Below are positions 20,487-30,837 of a stretch of 64,000 bases of DNA, in pieces. The translations under genes were made by a program, and so were the position numbers. This stretch comes from Azoarcus sp. (GTDB lineage: Bacteria; Pseudomonadota; Gammaproteobacteria; Burkholderiales; Rhodocyclaceae). The notes beneath the pieces were generated by a model. The model did not search any database and had not been told where the DNA came from. It was given only the letters and a program-made list of their open reading frames with translations. Numbering within the stretch: position 1 is the first letter of the stretch; every line of letters begins with the position of its first letter. The stretch spans positions 104,356 through 168,355 of the forward strand of contig JAUSOD010000091.1 in NCBI GenBank assembly GCA_030656215.1, read 5' to 3'.

Positions 20487-23171
20487 ATGTCCCTCGATTC
20501 TGCCATGTTGCCAGATGTAATTCGCCATGCCGCCACGCTGTCGCGCTTTCTGCAGCGCATGCTCGACAGCCGGCCCTGGCTGGCGGCAAGCCTTGGCGCC
20601 AGTATCGACCGGGCAATCGATGCCGATGCGATGCGCAGCTTCATCGCCGAACACGGTGGAGATGAATCGCACCTGCGCCCGAGCCTGCGCAAACTGCGCA
20701 CCTGGGTGCTGTGCCACCTGATCGTGCGTGATCTCGCCGGCCGGGCCGATCTCACCGAAGTGACCGAAACCATGACGGTACTGGCCGAGGTCACTATCCG
20801 CCATGCTCACGACGTGCTGCGCGAAGGCCTGGTCCAGCGCCACGGATTGCCGCTGTCGGCCTCCGGCTGGGAACAGGAGCTACTGGTGATCGGCATGGGC
20901 AAACTCGGCGGCCGGGAGCTCAACGTCTCGTCCGACATCGACCTGATCTTTGTCTATCCGGAAGACGGTGACAGCGGCGGCAAGAAGGTAATCAGCAACT
21001 TCGAGTTCTTCGAACGGCTGGGCAAGCAGTTGATCCAGGCCCTGGCCGAGGTCACCGAGCACGGCCAGGTGTTCCGCGTCGACATGCGCCTGCGACCCAA
21101 TGGCGATTCGGGGCCGCTGGTGGCCAGCTTCGACATGCTGGAAAACTACTTCATCACCCAGGGTCGGGAGTGGGAGCGCTACGCCTGGATCAAGTCGCGC
21201 GTGCTGGCCGGCGAGCGCTGGCGCGAACTGGAGCAGATCGCCCGCCCCTTCGTGTTCCGCAAGTATCTGGACTTCGGCGCAATCAACGCGATGCGCGACC
21301 TGCACGCGCAGATCCGGCGCGAGGTGGCGCGTCGCGATCGCGCCCACAACATCAAGCTCGGCCCGGGTGGCATTCGCGAGATCGAGTTCATCGCCCAGGT
21401 GTTTCAACTGATCCGCGGCGGGCGCGACACCGATCTGCAGGTCCGCCCGACCCTGGCGGTGCTGGCCCGCCTTGCACACCGCGCCATCCTCTCGGCCGAA
21501 GCCGTCCGCGAGCTGAGCGATGCCTACACTTTCCTGCGCCGGCTCGAGCACCGCCTGCAATACCTGGACGACGCCCAGACCCACGACCTGCCCGAAACCG
21601 ATCGGGATCGTGAGTTGGTGGCGCGGGCGATGGGCTTCGACGACTACGCCAGCCTCATCGCCCGCCTCGACCACCATCGCGGCATCGTCAGCCAGCATTT
21701 CGACGCGGTCTTCGCCGATCCGAACGAAGAGGACCATACGCTCGACACCGTGTGGGAAATGGCCGAAGACGTCGAGCACGCCACGCCTGTGCTGGCCGAG
21801 TTGGGTTACCGCGATCCGTCTGCTGCCGCGGCGCGGCTGGCCACGATACGCACCGGCTCGCGTTACCAGCAAATGCCCAACCACATCCGCAGCCGCCTGG
21901 ACGCCCTGATGCCACGCGTCATAGCCGCAGCGGCAGCCACTACCGGCGCGGATGAAACCCTGTCGCGCTGCCTCGACCTGCTCGACAGCATCAGCCGCCG
22001 CGGCTCTTATCTCGCCCTGTTGCAACAGTACCCGCAAGCCCTGAACCGGGTGATCGACCTGATTCGTGCATCGGGCTGGGCCGCCGAGTATCTTGGCCGC
22101 CATCCGATCCTGCTCGATGAGCTGCTCGACGGCCGCGACCTGGAGGCGGCACCAAACTGGGGGCACTTCCGCACCGAACTCGCCACCCAGCTCGACGCCA
22201 TCGAGCCGGATATGGAGCGACAGATGGACCTGATGCGCGAGCAGCATCACACCCAGTCCTTCCGCCTGCTGACCCAGGACATTGCCGGCCTGCTCTCGGT
22301 GGAAAAACTCGCGGACAATCTGTCGGAACTTGCCGACATCATGGTCGCGCTCACCATTCCGCTGTGCTGGCGCAAGATCAAGATCCGCCATCGCGAAACA
22401 CCGCAGTTTGCAGTGATCAGCTACGGCAAACTCGGAGGCAAGGAGCTTGGCTACGCATCGGACCTCGACATCATCTTTCTGTACGACGACGATGCGCCCG
22501 AGGCCGCCGAGGTCTATACCCGCCTCGGCCAGCGCACCAATACCTGGCTGTCGAGCCAGACCGCAGCCGGCATCCTGTTCGAGACCGACCTGCGCCTGCG
22601 TCCCAACGGTGATTCCGGGTTGATTGCCTGCTCGCTGGAAGCCTTCCGCAAGTATCAGCTCGAGTCCGCCTGGGTATGGGAACACCAGGCCCTGACCCGT
22701 GCCCGCTTCAGCGCCGGCGACCCGGCACTGGGCGCGGCATTCGAGCGCATCCGCTGCGAAGTGCTGCGCCTGCCGCGCGAGATCGACACCTTGCGCACCG
22801 AGGTGCTGACGATGCGCGACAAGATGCGCAGCGCTCACGCCGGCAAGAGCAGCCTGTTCGACCTCAAGCACGACAGTGGCGGTCTGGTCGATGTCGAATT
22901 CCTGATCCAGTACCTGGTGCTCGGTCATTCCCACGCACACCCGGAGCTGACCGGCAACCTGGGCAACATCGCATTGCTCAGGATCGCTGGCGAACTCGGG
23001 CTGATTCCAGCCGATCTCGCACTCGCCTGTGGCGACAGCTACCGCCAGCTACGCCACCTGCAGCATCGCCAACGCCTCAATGGCCAGCCCTCGCGGGTGG
23101 CACCCGAGGAGGTGGAACGCGCACGTGCACCGGTGCAGACGCTGTGGCAGCGGGTCTTTGGCACCGACTGA
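20487..23171 (+). CDS. glnE: Bifunctional glutamine synthetase adenylyltransferase/adenylyl-removase
   Basis: Two NTase halves: MGKLGGRELNVSSDIDL...RLRPNG and YGKLGGKELGYASDLD. Start approximate. Confidence 0.96.
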   Translation: MSLDSAMLPDVIRHAATLSRFLQRMLDSRPWLAASLGASIDRAIDADAMRSFIAEHGGDESHLRPSLRKLRTWVLCHLIVRDLAGRADLTEVTETMTVLAEVTIRHAHDVLREGLVQRHGLPLSASGWEQELLVIGMGKLGGRELNVSSDIDLIFVYPEDGDSGGKKVISNFEFFERLGKQLIQALAEVTEHGQVFRVDMRLRPNGDSGPLVASFDMLENYFITQGREWERYAWIKSRVLAGERWRELEQIARPFVFRKYLDFGAINAMRDLHAQIRREVARRDRAHNIKLGPGGIREIEFIAQVFQLIRGGRDTDLQVRPTLAVLARLAHRAILSAEAVRELSDAYTFLRRLEHRLQYLDDAQTHDLPETDRDRELVARAMGFDDYASLIARLDHHRGIVSQHFDAVFADPNEEDHTLDTVWEMAEDVEHATPVLAELGYRDPSAAAARLATIRTGSRYQQMPNHIRSRLDALMPRVIAAAAATTGADETLSRCLDLLDSISRRGSYLALLQQYPQALNRVIDLIRASGWAAEYLGRHPILLDELLDGRDLEAAPNWGHFRTELATQLDAIEPDMERQMDLMREQHHTQSFRLLTQDIAGLLSVEKLADNLSELADIMVALTIPLCWRKIKIRHRETPQFAVISYGKLGGKELGYASDLDIIFLYDDDAPEAAEVYTRLGQRTNTWLSSQTAAGILFETDLRLRPNGDSGLIACSLEAFRKYQLESAWVWEHQALTRARFSAGDPALGAAFERIRCEVLRLPREIDTLRTEVLTMRDKMRSAHAGKSSLFDLKHDSGGLVDVEFLIQYLVLGHSHAHPELTGNLGNIALLRIAGELGLIPADLALACGDSYRQLRHLQHRQRLNGQPSRVAPEEVERARAPVQTLWQRVFGTD

Positions 23172-23278
23172 AATATTTCATGTCATGCAAACGCGCATGA
23201 CGCCCTTTTTTGGGGCGGCTAGAATGAGCGTCAGTCCACTCTTCGAACGCTCGCCCGTCAGGGCGGGTGCACCACCCC

Positions 23279-24787
23279 ATGAGCCAGGAAATCGAACTCA
23301 AGCTGAGCCTCCCCGCACGCGCCCTGCCGGCGCTGAAACGCCACCCGTTGGTCGCGGGCGCAAGCAGGGAGGGCAATGCGCTCATCCTGGACAACACCTA
23401 TTATGACACCGCCGACCTCGCGCTTAAGGCACGCAAGGTCGCCGTCCGCACCCGGCGCCAGGGCCGGCAGTACCTGCAGACGGTGAAGTGTGCCGCAGTC
23501 TCCACCGGCGGGCTTACACAGCGCCCCGAATGGGAGCAACCCTACGCCGAGCACTTCGACTTCTCCGCGATCGACGCCCCGGATGTGGCAAAACTGCTCG
23601 CTCGCCACCAGGATCACCTGGTGCCCGTGTTCACGACCCGGTTCCGCCGCGAGACTCGCCGCTACAGCCCCCGCGACGGGGTGTGCATCCTGATGATGAT
23701 CGATCGCGGCACGATCGAGGTCGGCGAACGCAGCGCGCCCATCTGCGAACTCGAACTCGAGCTGGTCGACGGCAAAGCGCTCAACCTGCTCGAACTGGCC
23801 TGCGAACTGGCGAAGAGTGTGCCGCTGATGCCGGGCGACATCTCCAAGGCGCAGCGTGGCTATCAGCTCTTCCTCGACCAGCCGGTGCGCCCGGCCAAGT
23901 CGGAAGCCGTCCCGCTGTCACCCGACGAAACGGTGATCGACGCCTTTCGCGATCTCGCCCAGGCGTGCCTGCGCCAATGGCAAGCCAATGCCGCGGCTGC
24001 GGCAGAAGGCCACGACGGACCGGAGTTCATTCACCAGCTGCGCGTTGCCCTGCGTCGGCTGCGCTCGCTGATCAAGCTGTTTGCGCCCGCCCTGCCCACC
24101 GATTTCGTCACTGACTGGAACGAGCGTCTGCGCGACAACGCCAACCGCTTTGGCGATGCACGGGACCTGGACGTGCTCTATGAGGAGCTACTGGCCCCAG
24201 TGGAGCCGGTGGGCCTCGCCGACGGCACCGAGAGCGGCCTGCCCCGGCTGCTGGAGATCGCCACCCAGGCACGCCAGGCGGCACGCAAGAGCGCACTGCA
24301 TAACCTCGCGCACTCCGATCAGGGCCGCTTGCTGCTCGAGTTCAGCACCGCGCTGCAGCGCCTGCCTACCAGCAATCTGATTGCCGCTGCCGACCTCAAG
24401 ACTTTTGCCCGGCTTCAGCTCAATCGTCTGCGCAAGCGTGCACGCCGCCGCCACGAAGCCTCGGCAACGCTGATTCCGACCCGCCTGCACGCGCTCAGGA
24501 TCTCGATGAAGCAGCTTCGCTACGGCCTTGAGTTTTTTGGCGGACTCTTTCCCGCACGCGCGGTGGAACGCTATCTGACGCACGTCACCGATGCCCAGAC
24601 GACGCTGGGTTTTCTGAACGACCTCGACATCGCCCGCGGCCGCCTCGAAGCCTGGGCGGGCAAGCAGGGGGAGCTACAGGCCGCCGCGGCATTCATCATT
24701 GGCTGGCACGGGCTGCGATACGCAAAGCTGCGGCGCCGGGTACTGCAGCAAACCGAGCCCTTGCTTTGGGGCAAGACACCTTGGTGA
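23279..24787 (+). CDS. CYTH + CHAD domain protein (YgiF-like inorganic triphosphatase)
   Basis: EIELKL, NTYYDT, ELELEL; CHAD HQLRVALRRLRS and HALRISMKQLRY. Confidence 0.92.
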   Translation: MSQEIELKLSLPARALPALKRHPLVAGASREGNALILDNTYYDTADLALKARKVAVRTRRQGRQYLQTVKCAAVSTGGLTQRPEWEQPYAEHFDFSAIDAPDVAKLLARHQDHLVPVFTTRFRRETRRYSPRDGVCILMMIDRGTIEVGERSAPICELELELVDGKALNLLELACELAKSVPLMPGDISKAQRGYQLFLDQPVRPAKSEAVPLSPDETVIDAFRDLAQACLRQWQANAAAAAEGHDGPEFIHQLRVALRRLRSLIKLFAPALPTDFVTDWNERLRDNANRFGDARDLDVLYEELLAPVEPVGLADGTESGLPRLLEIATQARQAARKSALHNLAHSDQGRLLLEFSTALQRLPTSNLIAAADLKTFARLQLNRLRKRARRRHEASATLIPTRLHALRISMKQLRYGLEFFGGLFPARAVERYLTHVTDAQTTLGFLNDLDIARGRLEAWAGKQGELQAAAAFIIGWHGLRYAKLRRRVLQQTEPLLWGKTPW

Positions 24788-24868
24788 GCGTCCGCACTGG
24801 CTGCCGCTGTCATGCCACTGCAAGATCGCGACCTTATGCTGACCGCCCCTGAGCACATGGAGCACCCG

Positions 24869-25321
24869 ATGGATTTGTTGCTGTGGCGTCATGCCGAAGC
24901 GGTGGACGGCACCCCCGACCACACCCGCGAACTGACCGAGCGCGGCATGAAGCAGGCGCGCCGAATGGCAGCATGGCTAGAAACCAATCGGCCGCGCCGC
25001 CTCAGAGTCCTGGTCAGTCCGACCGTAAGAACCCGTCAGACCGCCGCTGCATTCGCCGACAACTTTGAAATCATCCCCGCCCTTGGGCCCGAGGGCGGCG
25101 TCTCCGATCTGCTTGCCGCATCCGGCTGGCCCGATGCCAGCGGTGCAACGCTGATTGTCGGCCACCAACCCGGCCTCGGTCGCCTTGCTGCATTGCTCTT
25201 GTCGGGAGTGGAAGCCGACTGGACGATCAAGAAAGGCGCACTGTGGTGGTTTACCAACAGGGTGCGAGACAACGAAAGCCAGACCGTCCTTCGCGCCGTG
25301 ATCCCGGCCGACTTCGCCTGA
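24869..25321 (+). CDS. sixA: SixA-like histidine phosphatase
   Basis: LLLWRHAEA, SPTVRTRQTA, LIVGHQPGL. Confidence 0.85.
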   Translation: MDLLLWRHAEAVDGTPDHTRELTERGMKQARRMAAWLETNRPRRLRVLVSPTVRTRQTAAAFADNFEIIPALGPEGGVSDLLAASGWPDASGATLIVGHQPGLGRLAALLLSGVEADWTIKKGALWWFTNRVRDNESQTVLRAVIPADFA

Positions 25322-25497
25322 CCCGGCCCTTCTCAATCATTAGCGGCAAGGGAATTTCGGCAGTCCGCGAGGGTCCGAGGATAAAGTCTCACGCGCTGCA
25401 TTAACCCGCATGCAACACTCCGTCCACTGTTTTGCGCGGACGTGTTTGTGCGGGCCAAGACTTTGCGTAAGATGCCTCCTCCACCGCGGACCGGACC

Positions 25498-26055
25498 ATG
25501 TTCAAACGACTCCTGCCAACGCACGACAGTATCAAGCAAAGCCGTCTGCTGAGTTGGCTGGGGCCACGGATACACGACCCATCGCTGTGGCACCTGAACC
25601 GGCGGGCCGTTGCGCGCGGCGTCGCGATCGGGGCTTTCTTCGGCCTGATGGTTCCAGTGGCGCAGATTCCCGCTGCTGCCGTGATGTCCATTTTTCTGCG
25701 TGCCAATCTCTGGATCGCAGCCGTATCGACCCTGATCAGCAACCCCTTCACCTACGCACCGATCTACTACTTTGCCTACCGACTTGGTGCCAGCCTGATC
25801 GGCGCACCATTGCCTCGGGGCGAGGCGAACCTGAGCCATGACGTGGTGGCGTCCGGACTGGTGCAGCAAGTTGGCGAATTGTGGACCTGGATTACCGGCA
25901 TCGGTCAGCCGCTGGTGCTGGGCATGTTGCTGATGGCGCTGACCGGCGCAACGATCGGTTACTGGGGCGTGCGTTTCTTCTGGCGGGTCAGGGTGCTGTC
26001 GAAGCGCCGTCGCATGCGCAATGCGCGGGCACGTGCGCTGCAAAGTGCACATTAA
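25498..26055 (+). CDS. DUF2062 family membrane protein
   Basis: LWHLNRRAVARGVAIG, ISNPFTYAPIYYFAY. Confidence 0.85.
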   Translation: MFKRLLPTHDSIKQSRLLSWLGPRIHDPSLWHLNRRAVARGVAIGAFFGLMVPVAQIPAAAVMSIFLRANLWIAAVSTLISNPFTYAPIYYFAYRLGASLIGAPLPRGEANLSHDVVASGLVQQVGELWTWITGIGQPLVLGMLLMALTGATIGYWGVRFFWRVRVLSKRRRMRNARARALQSAH

Positions 26056-26108
26056 ACGCTGATTCGTCGCTTTTTAGCGGTGCACGATAAGCGTATCCTG
26101 ATGGCTTC

Positions 26109-26144
26109 GGCCCTGCCCCTCGCCCTGTCCCCCGCCCTGTCCCT
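26109..26144. repeat. Three imperfect 12-bp tandem units (consensus CGCCCTGTCCCC); six G-tracts on the minus strand
   Basis: GGCCCTGCCCCT CGCCCTGTCCCC CGCCCTGTCCCT. Confidence 0.7.
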
Positions 26145-26163
26145 TTAACGAACTGAATCCGCT

Positions 26164-27087
26164 ATGAACCAGGTCACGCCCAACGGAACGATCGACGTCA
26201 TCGACGGCGTAAAGCGCGTGTTCGTCGATGGCTACTGGATCAAGGCTTACGACCCGCCCGCCGACTCCCTGCAGGCCAAGAAGACTCTGATCCAGGGCCT
26301 TACCCGGCGCCTGTTCAACCACGTTGAGCACGGCATCAACATCCCCGGGAAACGCCTGGCCGAGGCACGTCGCGCCTATGATCAGGAGCAGGACCCCGCG
26401 CGCAAGCGGGTGAAGGGGGCCATGCTGGCGGGCGCGATGTTCAACCGCGCCACCGACATCTTCACCAAGCTGGTGGAGTTACAGGAACTCGGCATCGAAA
26501 TCGAGGTGGACAACGCACTGATGTGCGAATGCGGCATGTGCCTGGAAGAGGCACTCACCCTCGGGCGCCTGGTGCTGCACCGCAGTGGAGAGGAAGGGAT
26601 CGACGAGCTCTGGGGCGAACCATTCCGCGCATTCTCGATTCCGGTCGAGGCGTTCTACGAAAGCCGTTACGTCAAGATTGCCCAGACCCTGCGCGACATC
26701 GATCACATCGCCACGGTGATGATCGAGACCTTCGCCTCCGACCCGCTTTTCGTCGGCATCGACGACCTGGTGACCCACTTCACCGACTTGGCCAAGGACA
26801 AGTGCGAGACGCTGCGCACCGACGGTGACATCTTCGACGTATGGGCCGAATTCGTCGTATCGTCCGAAAAACTCTCGGCCTTCGCGCCTCATTTGCCGGA
26901 GCAGGCCGATGCCCGCACCCTGCAGCGTTCGGCCGACGGCATGCGCCTCATCCTCCAGGGGCGGGACCTGCTGACCTATATCAGCCGGGCCCGGGTGACC
27001 ATGCCCAAGAGCACCCGCGACTACATCGAACGATGCGCGCAGTACGAACACGCCTTCGCCAACGCGTCACCGCCCTGCTCCTGTTGA
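26164..27087 (+). CDS. Hypothetical protein, 307 aa, predicted helical and cytoplasmic
   Basis: Long ORF with host-like codon usage; no motif recognised. Confidence 0.8.
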   Translation: MNQVTPNGTIDVIDGVKRVFVDGYWIKAYDPPADSLQAKKTLIQGLTRRLFNHVEHGINIPGKRLAEARRAYDQEQDPARKRVKGAMLAGAMFNRATDIFTKLVELQELGIEIEVDNALMCECGMCLEEALTLGRLVLHRSGEEGIDELWGEPFRAFSIPVEAFYESRYVKIAQTLRDIDHIATVMIETFASDPLFVGIDDLVTHFTDLAKDKCETLRTDGDIFDVWAEFVVSSEKLSAFAPHLPEQADARTLQRSADGMRLILQGRDLLTYISRARVTMPKSTRDYIERCAQYEHAFANASPPCSC

Positions 27088-27175
27088 CGCTCGGGGACAT
27101 CATCCCGCAGGACTACCGCGGCGCGGGTAGCCTCAGCCGGGCCGCGGGGCGCAGTTTCGATCTGTGCACAGTTGC

Positions 27176-28300
27176 TCAGGCAATGATGCCCCCACCCAGA
27201 CAGACCTTCGACTCGTAGATCACCACGCTTTGCCCCGGCGTCAAAGCCCATTGCGGCTCGGCAAAGACGATCTCGGCCCGCCCATCCACGATCGAGTCGA
27301 TCTCGCACGGCATGTCCGGCGTGCGGTAGCGCGGCTTGGCGGTGTACACCCAGTGGGTGTGCGGATCGCGCCCGGCAATCCAGTTGAGGTCGATCGCGCT
27401 AAGCCGCTCCTTGAGCAGGGCCGGATGCGCGTGCCCCTGCACCGCGTAGAGCACATTGGTCTTGACGTCTTTCTTTGCCACATACCAGGCGTCATGCTCG
27501 CCCGCATCATCCTCGTTGCCCTTGATGCCGCCGATGTGCAGGCCCTTGCGCTGGCCGATGGTGTGATACATCAGGCCCTGGTGCTCGCCCAGGAGCCGGT
27601 TGTCGTCAAGCGCACGGATTTCGCCCGGCTGCGTCGGCAGGTAGCGCATCAGGAACTCGCGAAACGGCCGTTCGCCGATGAAACAGATCCCGGTCGAATC
27701 CTTTTTTGTCGCCACATGCAGGCCCGCGGCCTCGGCGATCTTGCGCACATCGCGCTTGTACATGGCACCCAGCGGAAACAAGGTCTTTGACAGCTGCGCC
27801 TGGTTCAGCCGATAGAGGAAGTAGCTCTGGTCCTTGGTGCCGTCCTCGGCCTTGAGCAGTTGAAACTCACGCCGTCCGTCGCTCTCCCACTCGCGCACCT
27901 GGGCGTAGTGACCGGTGGCGATGCGGTCGGCACCGAGGGCCATCGCATGATCGAGAAAACAGCGGAACTTGATCTCGGAATTGCACAGGATGTCGGGGTT
28001 GGGCGTGCGCCCGGCCTCGTATTCGCGCAGGAAATCGCCGAACACACGGTCCTTGTACTCCGCGCTGAAGTTCACCACCTCGAGATCGATCCCGATCACG
28101 TCGCACACCGAAGCCACGTCAACCAGATCCTGGCGCGACGAGCAGTACTCGGCGTCGTCGTCATCCTCCCAGTTCTTCATGAACAGTCCGGTGACCTCGT
28201 AGCCCTGACGCTTGAGCAAGAGCGCAGTCACCGCCGAGTCGACCCCGCCGGACATCCCGACCACCACCTTCATTCCACCCTGATCCTGCTTACTGGACAT
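27176..28300 (-). CDS. mnmA: tRNA-specific 2-thiouridylase MnmA
   Basis: [39 protein letters not shown]; start 28300 or 28273. Confidence 0.97.
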   Translation of the reverse strand: MSSKQDQGGMKVVVGMSGGVDSAVTALLLKRQGYEVTGLFMKNWEDDDDAEYCSSRQDLVDVASVCDVIGIDLEVVNFSAEYKDRVFGDFLREYEAGRTPNPDILCNSEIKFRCFLDHAMALGADRIATGHYAQVREWESDGRREFQLLKAEDGTKDQSYFLYRLNQAQLSKTLFPLGAMYKRDVRKIAEAAGLHVATKKDSTGICFIGERPFREFLMRYLPTQPGEIRALDDNRLLGEHQGLMYHTIGQRKGLHIGGIKGNEDDAGEHDAWYVAKKDVKTNVLYAVQGHAHPALLKERLSAIDLNWIAGRDPHTHWVYTAKPRYRTPDMPCEIDSIVDGRAEIVFAEPQWALTPGQSVVIYESKVCLGGGIIA

Positions 28301-28970
28301 TCGGTCCCTCTCCATCCAACCAGTTGGCCAGAGGCAGCACGATCGCCGCCTCGCCATTGTCGACAAACCAGCTGTCGATCGCATAACGCTCGCCCGGCCG
28401 GTTATTCGCCGCCGGAACCGGCACGGGTATATCGCCCAACACCTCTGCGCAATCGCACAGCGCCAGCAACACCGGCACATGATCGGGCACCTCGGGCCCA
28501 AGCTGCAAGCCCGCAGGCGGCTCGACCTCCTCGATCACCGCGCTGAAGTGCTGCAGGATGATGCGCGAGCGCCGCGCCGGCGCCAAAACGCGATGAAAAC
28601 GTAACATTCCGCGCGCCTCGATCATCGCCAGCAAACGGGTGGTGTTGGTCGAATGATCGATACAGTCCATCCGCCCATCGGTTTCCTGATCAAGAAAATT
28701 GCCCGCGCGATCGGCGCCGATTGGCGTCTGGCGGCCCGCGATACCATAAAGATCACCAATCACGGCGGCCAGCACCGCACGCTCGGCGGGCGGATCAAGC
28801 GCCTCGCGCAGGCGCGCATGCACTTGATCCAGTTCCAGCGCGCCGAAGGAGGCTTTACCGTGCGTATTGCAGCCATAGTTGTAGCAAAGCGGCACCTGCA
28901 CGTCCTGCGCCCACGCCGGCATGCACAACAGCAGGCCGACAAGCAAGGCTGCCCGTGACATCAGTGGCAT
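28290..28970 (-). CDS. Exported hypothetical protein with a possible Cys-His-Asp (transglutaminase-like) triad
   Basis: Signal peptide (PAWA/QD), [31 protein letters not shown]. Confidence 0.7.
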   Translation of the reverse strand: MPLMSRAALLVGLLLCMPAWAQDVQVPLCYNYGCNTHGKASFGALELDQVHARLREALDPPAERAVLAAVIGDLYGIAGRQTPIGADRAGNFLDQETDGRMDCIDHSTNTTRLLAMIEARGMLRFHRVLAPARRSRIILQHFSAVIEEVEPPAGLQLGPEVPDHVPVLLALCDCAEVLGDIPVPVPAANNRPGERYAIDSWFVDNGEAAIVLPLANWLDGEGPNVQ

Positions 28971-29022
28971 TGCATCAGTCGCATTGCATCAGTCGCATCG
29001 GGTCAATCGCATCGGGTCAATC
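28967..29022. repeat. Four 14-bp tandem units in AABB arrangement
   Basis: GCATTGCATCAGTC x2 followed by GCATCGGGTCAATC x2. Confidence 0.9.
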
Positions 29023-29469
29023 GTAATGCCGCAGCAGGTCGAGGTCGTAGCGTCGGCCGCTGAGCCAGTCTTCGACGCACTGCACGATCAACGGACTGCG
29101 ATGACGATCCTGGCTGGCACGAAGCTCGTCCAGCGTCATCCACAACGAACGCACGATCCCGTCGTCCAGCTCCTGACCGACCAGTTCCTCGCCGACCTTG
29201 CCGCCAAACGCAAAGCGCAGGTAAGTGATGTCACCTTGCGGCCGGGGCCACTGATACACACCGACCAGGTATTCGGGAACGAAAGGGTAGGCCGTCTCCT
29301 CCAGCGTTTCACGAATGGCGGCCTGCGCCAGGGACTCGCCCTCTTCCAGATGCCCGGCAGGCTGGTTGAAGCGCAAGCCGTCGGCGGTCTCTTCCTCCAC
29401 CATCAGAAAACGGCCATCGCGCTCAATCACCGCAGCAACGGTGACGTTGGGTTTCCAGCTTCGATCCAT
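29017..29469 (-). CDS. nudJ: Nudix hydrolase NudJ/YmfB-like
   Basis: WKPNVTVAAV, NQPAGHLEEGESL...RETLEET; upstream of mnmA as in enterobacteria. Confidence 0.85.
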   Translation of the reverse strand: MDRSWKPNVTVAAVIERDGRFLMVEEETADGLRFNQPAGHLEEGESLAQAAIRETLEETAYPFVPEYLVGVYQWPRPQGDITYLRFAFGGKVGEELVGQELDDGIVRSLWMTLDELRASQDRHRSPLIVQCVEDWLSGRRYDLDLLRHYD

Positions 29470-29622
29470 GAGACGTCCGTGCGCAAAGACCGCCATTTTA
29501 CCCCGCCAAGCCGGAATGCTCGCCACCGAGATCAGAATGCCCCGTTTGCGCTAGAATTCGTCGGCTAAGCTCGGCTGCACCGAGCGCATCCGAACACACT
29601 TCTCATTGGTGGAGAACCTGAT

Positions 29623-30543
29623 ATGTCCATGGCTGATCGCGACGGTTTCATCTGGCAGGACGGCAAGCTCGTTCCGTGGCGCGAGGCGACCACGCACGTG
29701 CTGACCCACTCCCTGCACTACGGCCTGGCCGTTTTCGAGGGCGTGCGCGCGTACAACACCGTCAATGGCACCGCGATCTTCCGCCTGGCCGAACACACCC
29801 AGCGCCTGATCAACTCGGGCAAGATTTACATGATGGACATCCCGTACAGCAAGGACGAGCTGATGGAAGCGCAGAAGGAAGTCGTGCGCGCCAACAAGCT
29901 CGAATCCTGCTATCTGCGTCCGCTGGCCTTCTACGGCTCGGAAAAGATGGGCATCTCCACCCGCGGCGCCACCGTGCATGTGGCCATCGCGGCCTGGCCG
30001 TGGGGCGCCTACCTCGGAGAGGAAGGGCTGGAGAAAGGGATCCGGGTCAAGACCTCGTCCTACACCCGCCATCACGTCAACTCCACGATGCCGCGCGCCA
30101 AGCTTGCAGGCACCTACCCGAATTCGATCCTGGCCAACCTCGAAGTCACCCAGCACGGCTACGATGAAGCCCTGCTGCTCGACAATCAGGGCTTCGTGGC
30201 CGAAGGTGCCGGCGAGAACCTGTTCGTAATCAAGGACGGCAAAATCTTCGAACCCGAAATCGCCTCCGCACTGACCGGCATCACCCGCGACTCGATCATC
30301 ACCATCGCCCGTGAGTTCGGTCTCGAAGTCCAGTCCAAGCGCCTGACCCGGGACGATGTCTATCTGGCCGACGAGGCCTTCTTCACCGGCACCGCCGCCG
30401 AAGTCACCCCGATTCGCGAGCTCGACGACCGCATCATCGGCGAGGGCAAGCGCGGCCCGATTACCGCCAAGCTCCAGGCTCGCTTCTTCGACGTGGTCAA
30501 TGGCCGCGCCCCCGAATACGACAACTGGCTGGCCTACGTCTGA
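29623..30543 (+). CDS. ilvE: Branched-chain amino acid aminotransferase
   Basis: LHYGLAVFEGVRAY, EGAGENLF, TGITRDS, FFTGTAAEVTP. Confidence 0.96.
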   Translation: MSMADRDGFIWQDGKLVPWREATTHVLTHSLHYGLAVFEGVRAYNTVNGTAIFRLAEHTQRLINSGKIYMMDIPYSKDELMEAQKEVVRANKLESCYLRPLAFYGSEKMGISTRGATVHVAIAAWPWGAYLGEEGLEKGIRVKTSSYTRHHVNSTMPRAKLAGTYPNSILANLEVTQHGYDEALLLDNQGFVAEGAGENLFVIKDGKIFEPEIASALTGITRDSIITIAREFGLEVQSKRLTRDDVYLADEAFFTGTAAEVTPIRELDDRIIGEGKRGPITAKLQARFFDVVNGRAPEYDNWLAYV

Positions 30544-30557
30544 AAGGAGACCCGCAC

Positions 30558-30752
30558 ATGGCCGAACTCAAGGATCAACCGATCGCGGTGACCGCCCACG
30601 ATCTGCCGCTGCATTGCCCCCGTCCCGGTGCGCCGCTGTGGGCGCAGCACCCGCGTGTCTTCCTCGATGTACTCAGGGAAGGCAGCGCGACCTGCCCCTA
30701 TTGCAGCGCGAAGTACGTATTCACCGGCGAACACCCGAAGGGACACCACTGA
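30558..30752 (+). CDS. Small zinc-finger (CHCC-type) protein
   Basis: LHCP...HPRVFL...CPYC, AGGAG SD. Confidence 0.85.
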   Translation: MAELKDQPIAVTAHDLPLHCPRPGAPLWAQHPRVFLDVLREGSATCPYCSAKYVFTGEHPKGHH

Positions 30753-30837
30753 GCCCGATCCGTAGCTTCCGCCCGCCCCTGCGCGACTGCACCGCATGGC
30801 GGGCGTTTCGCCCTTCCCGCTGCAACGAGTGTCGATC

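Noticed and set aside
20171-20487. yhdP-glnE spacer and the track's N-terminal extensions of both genes
   Set aside because: Extensions overlap head-to-head and look non-coding; no structured RNA or repeat recognised.
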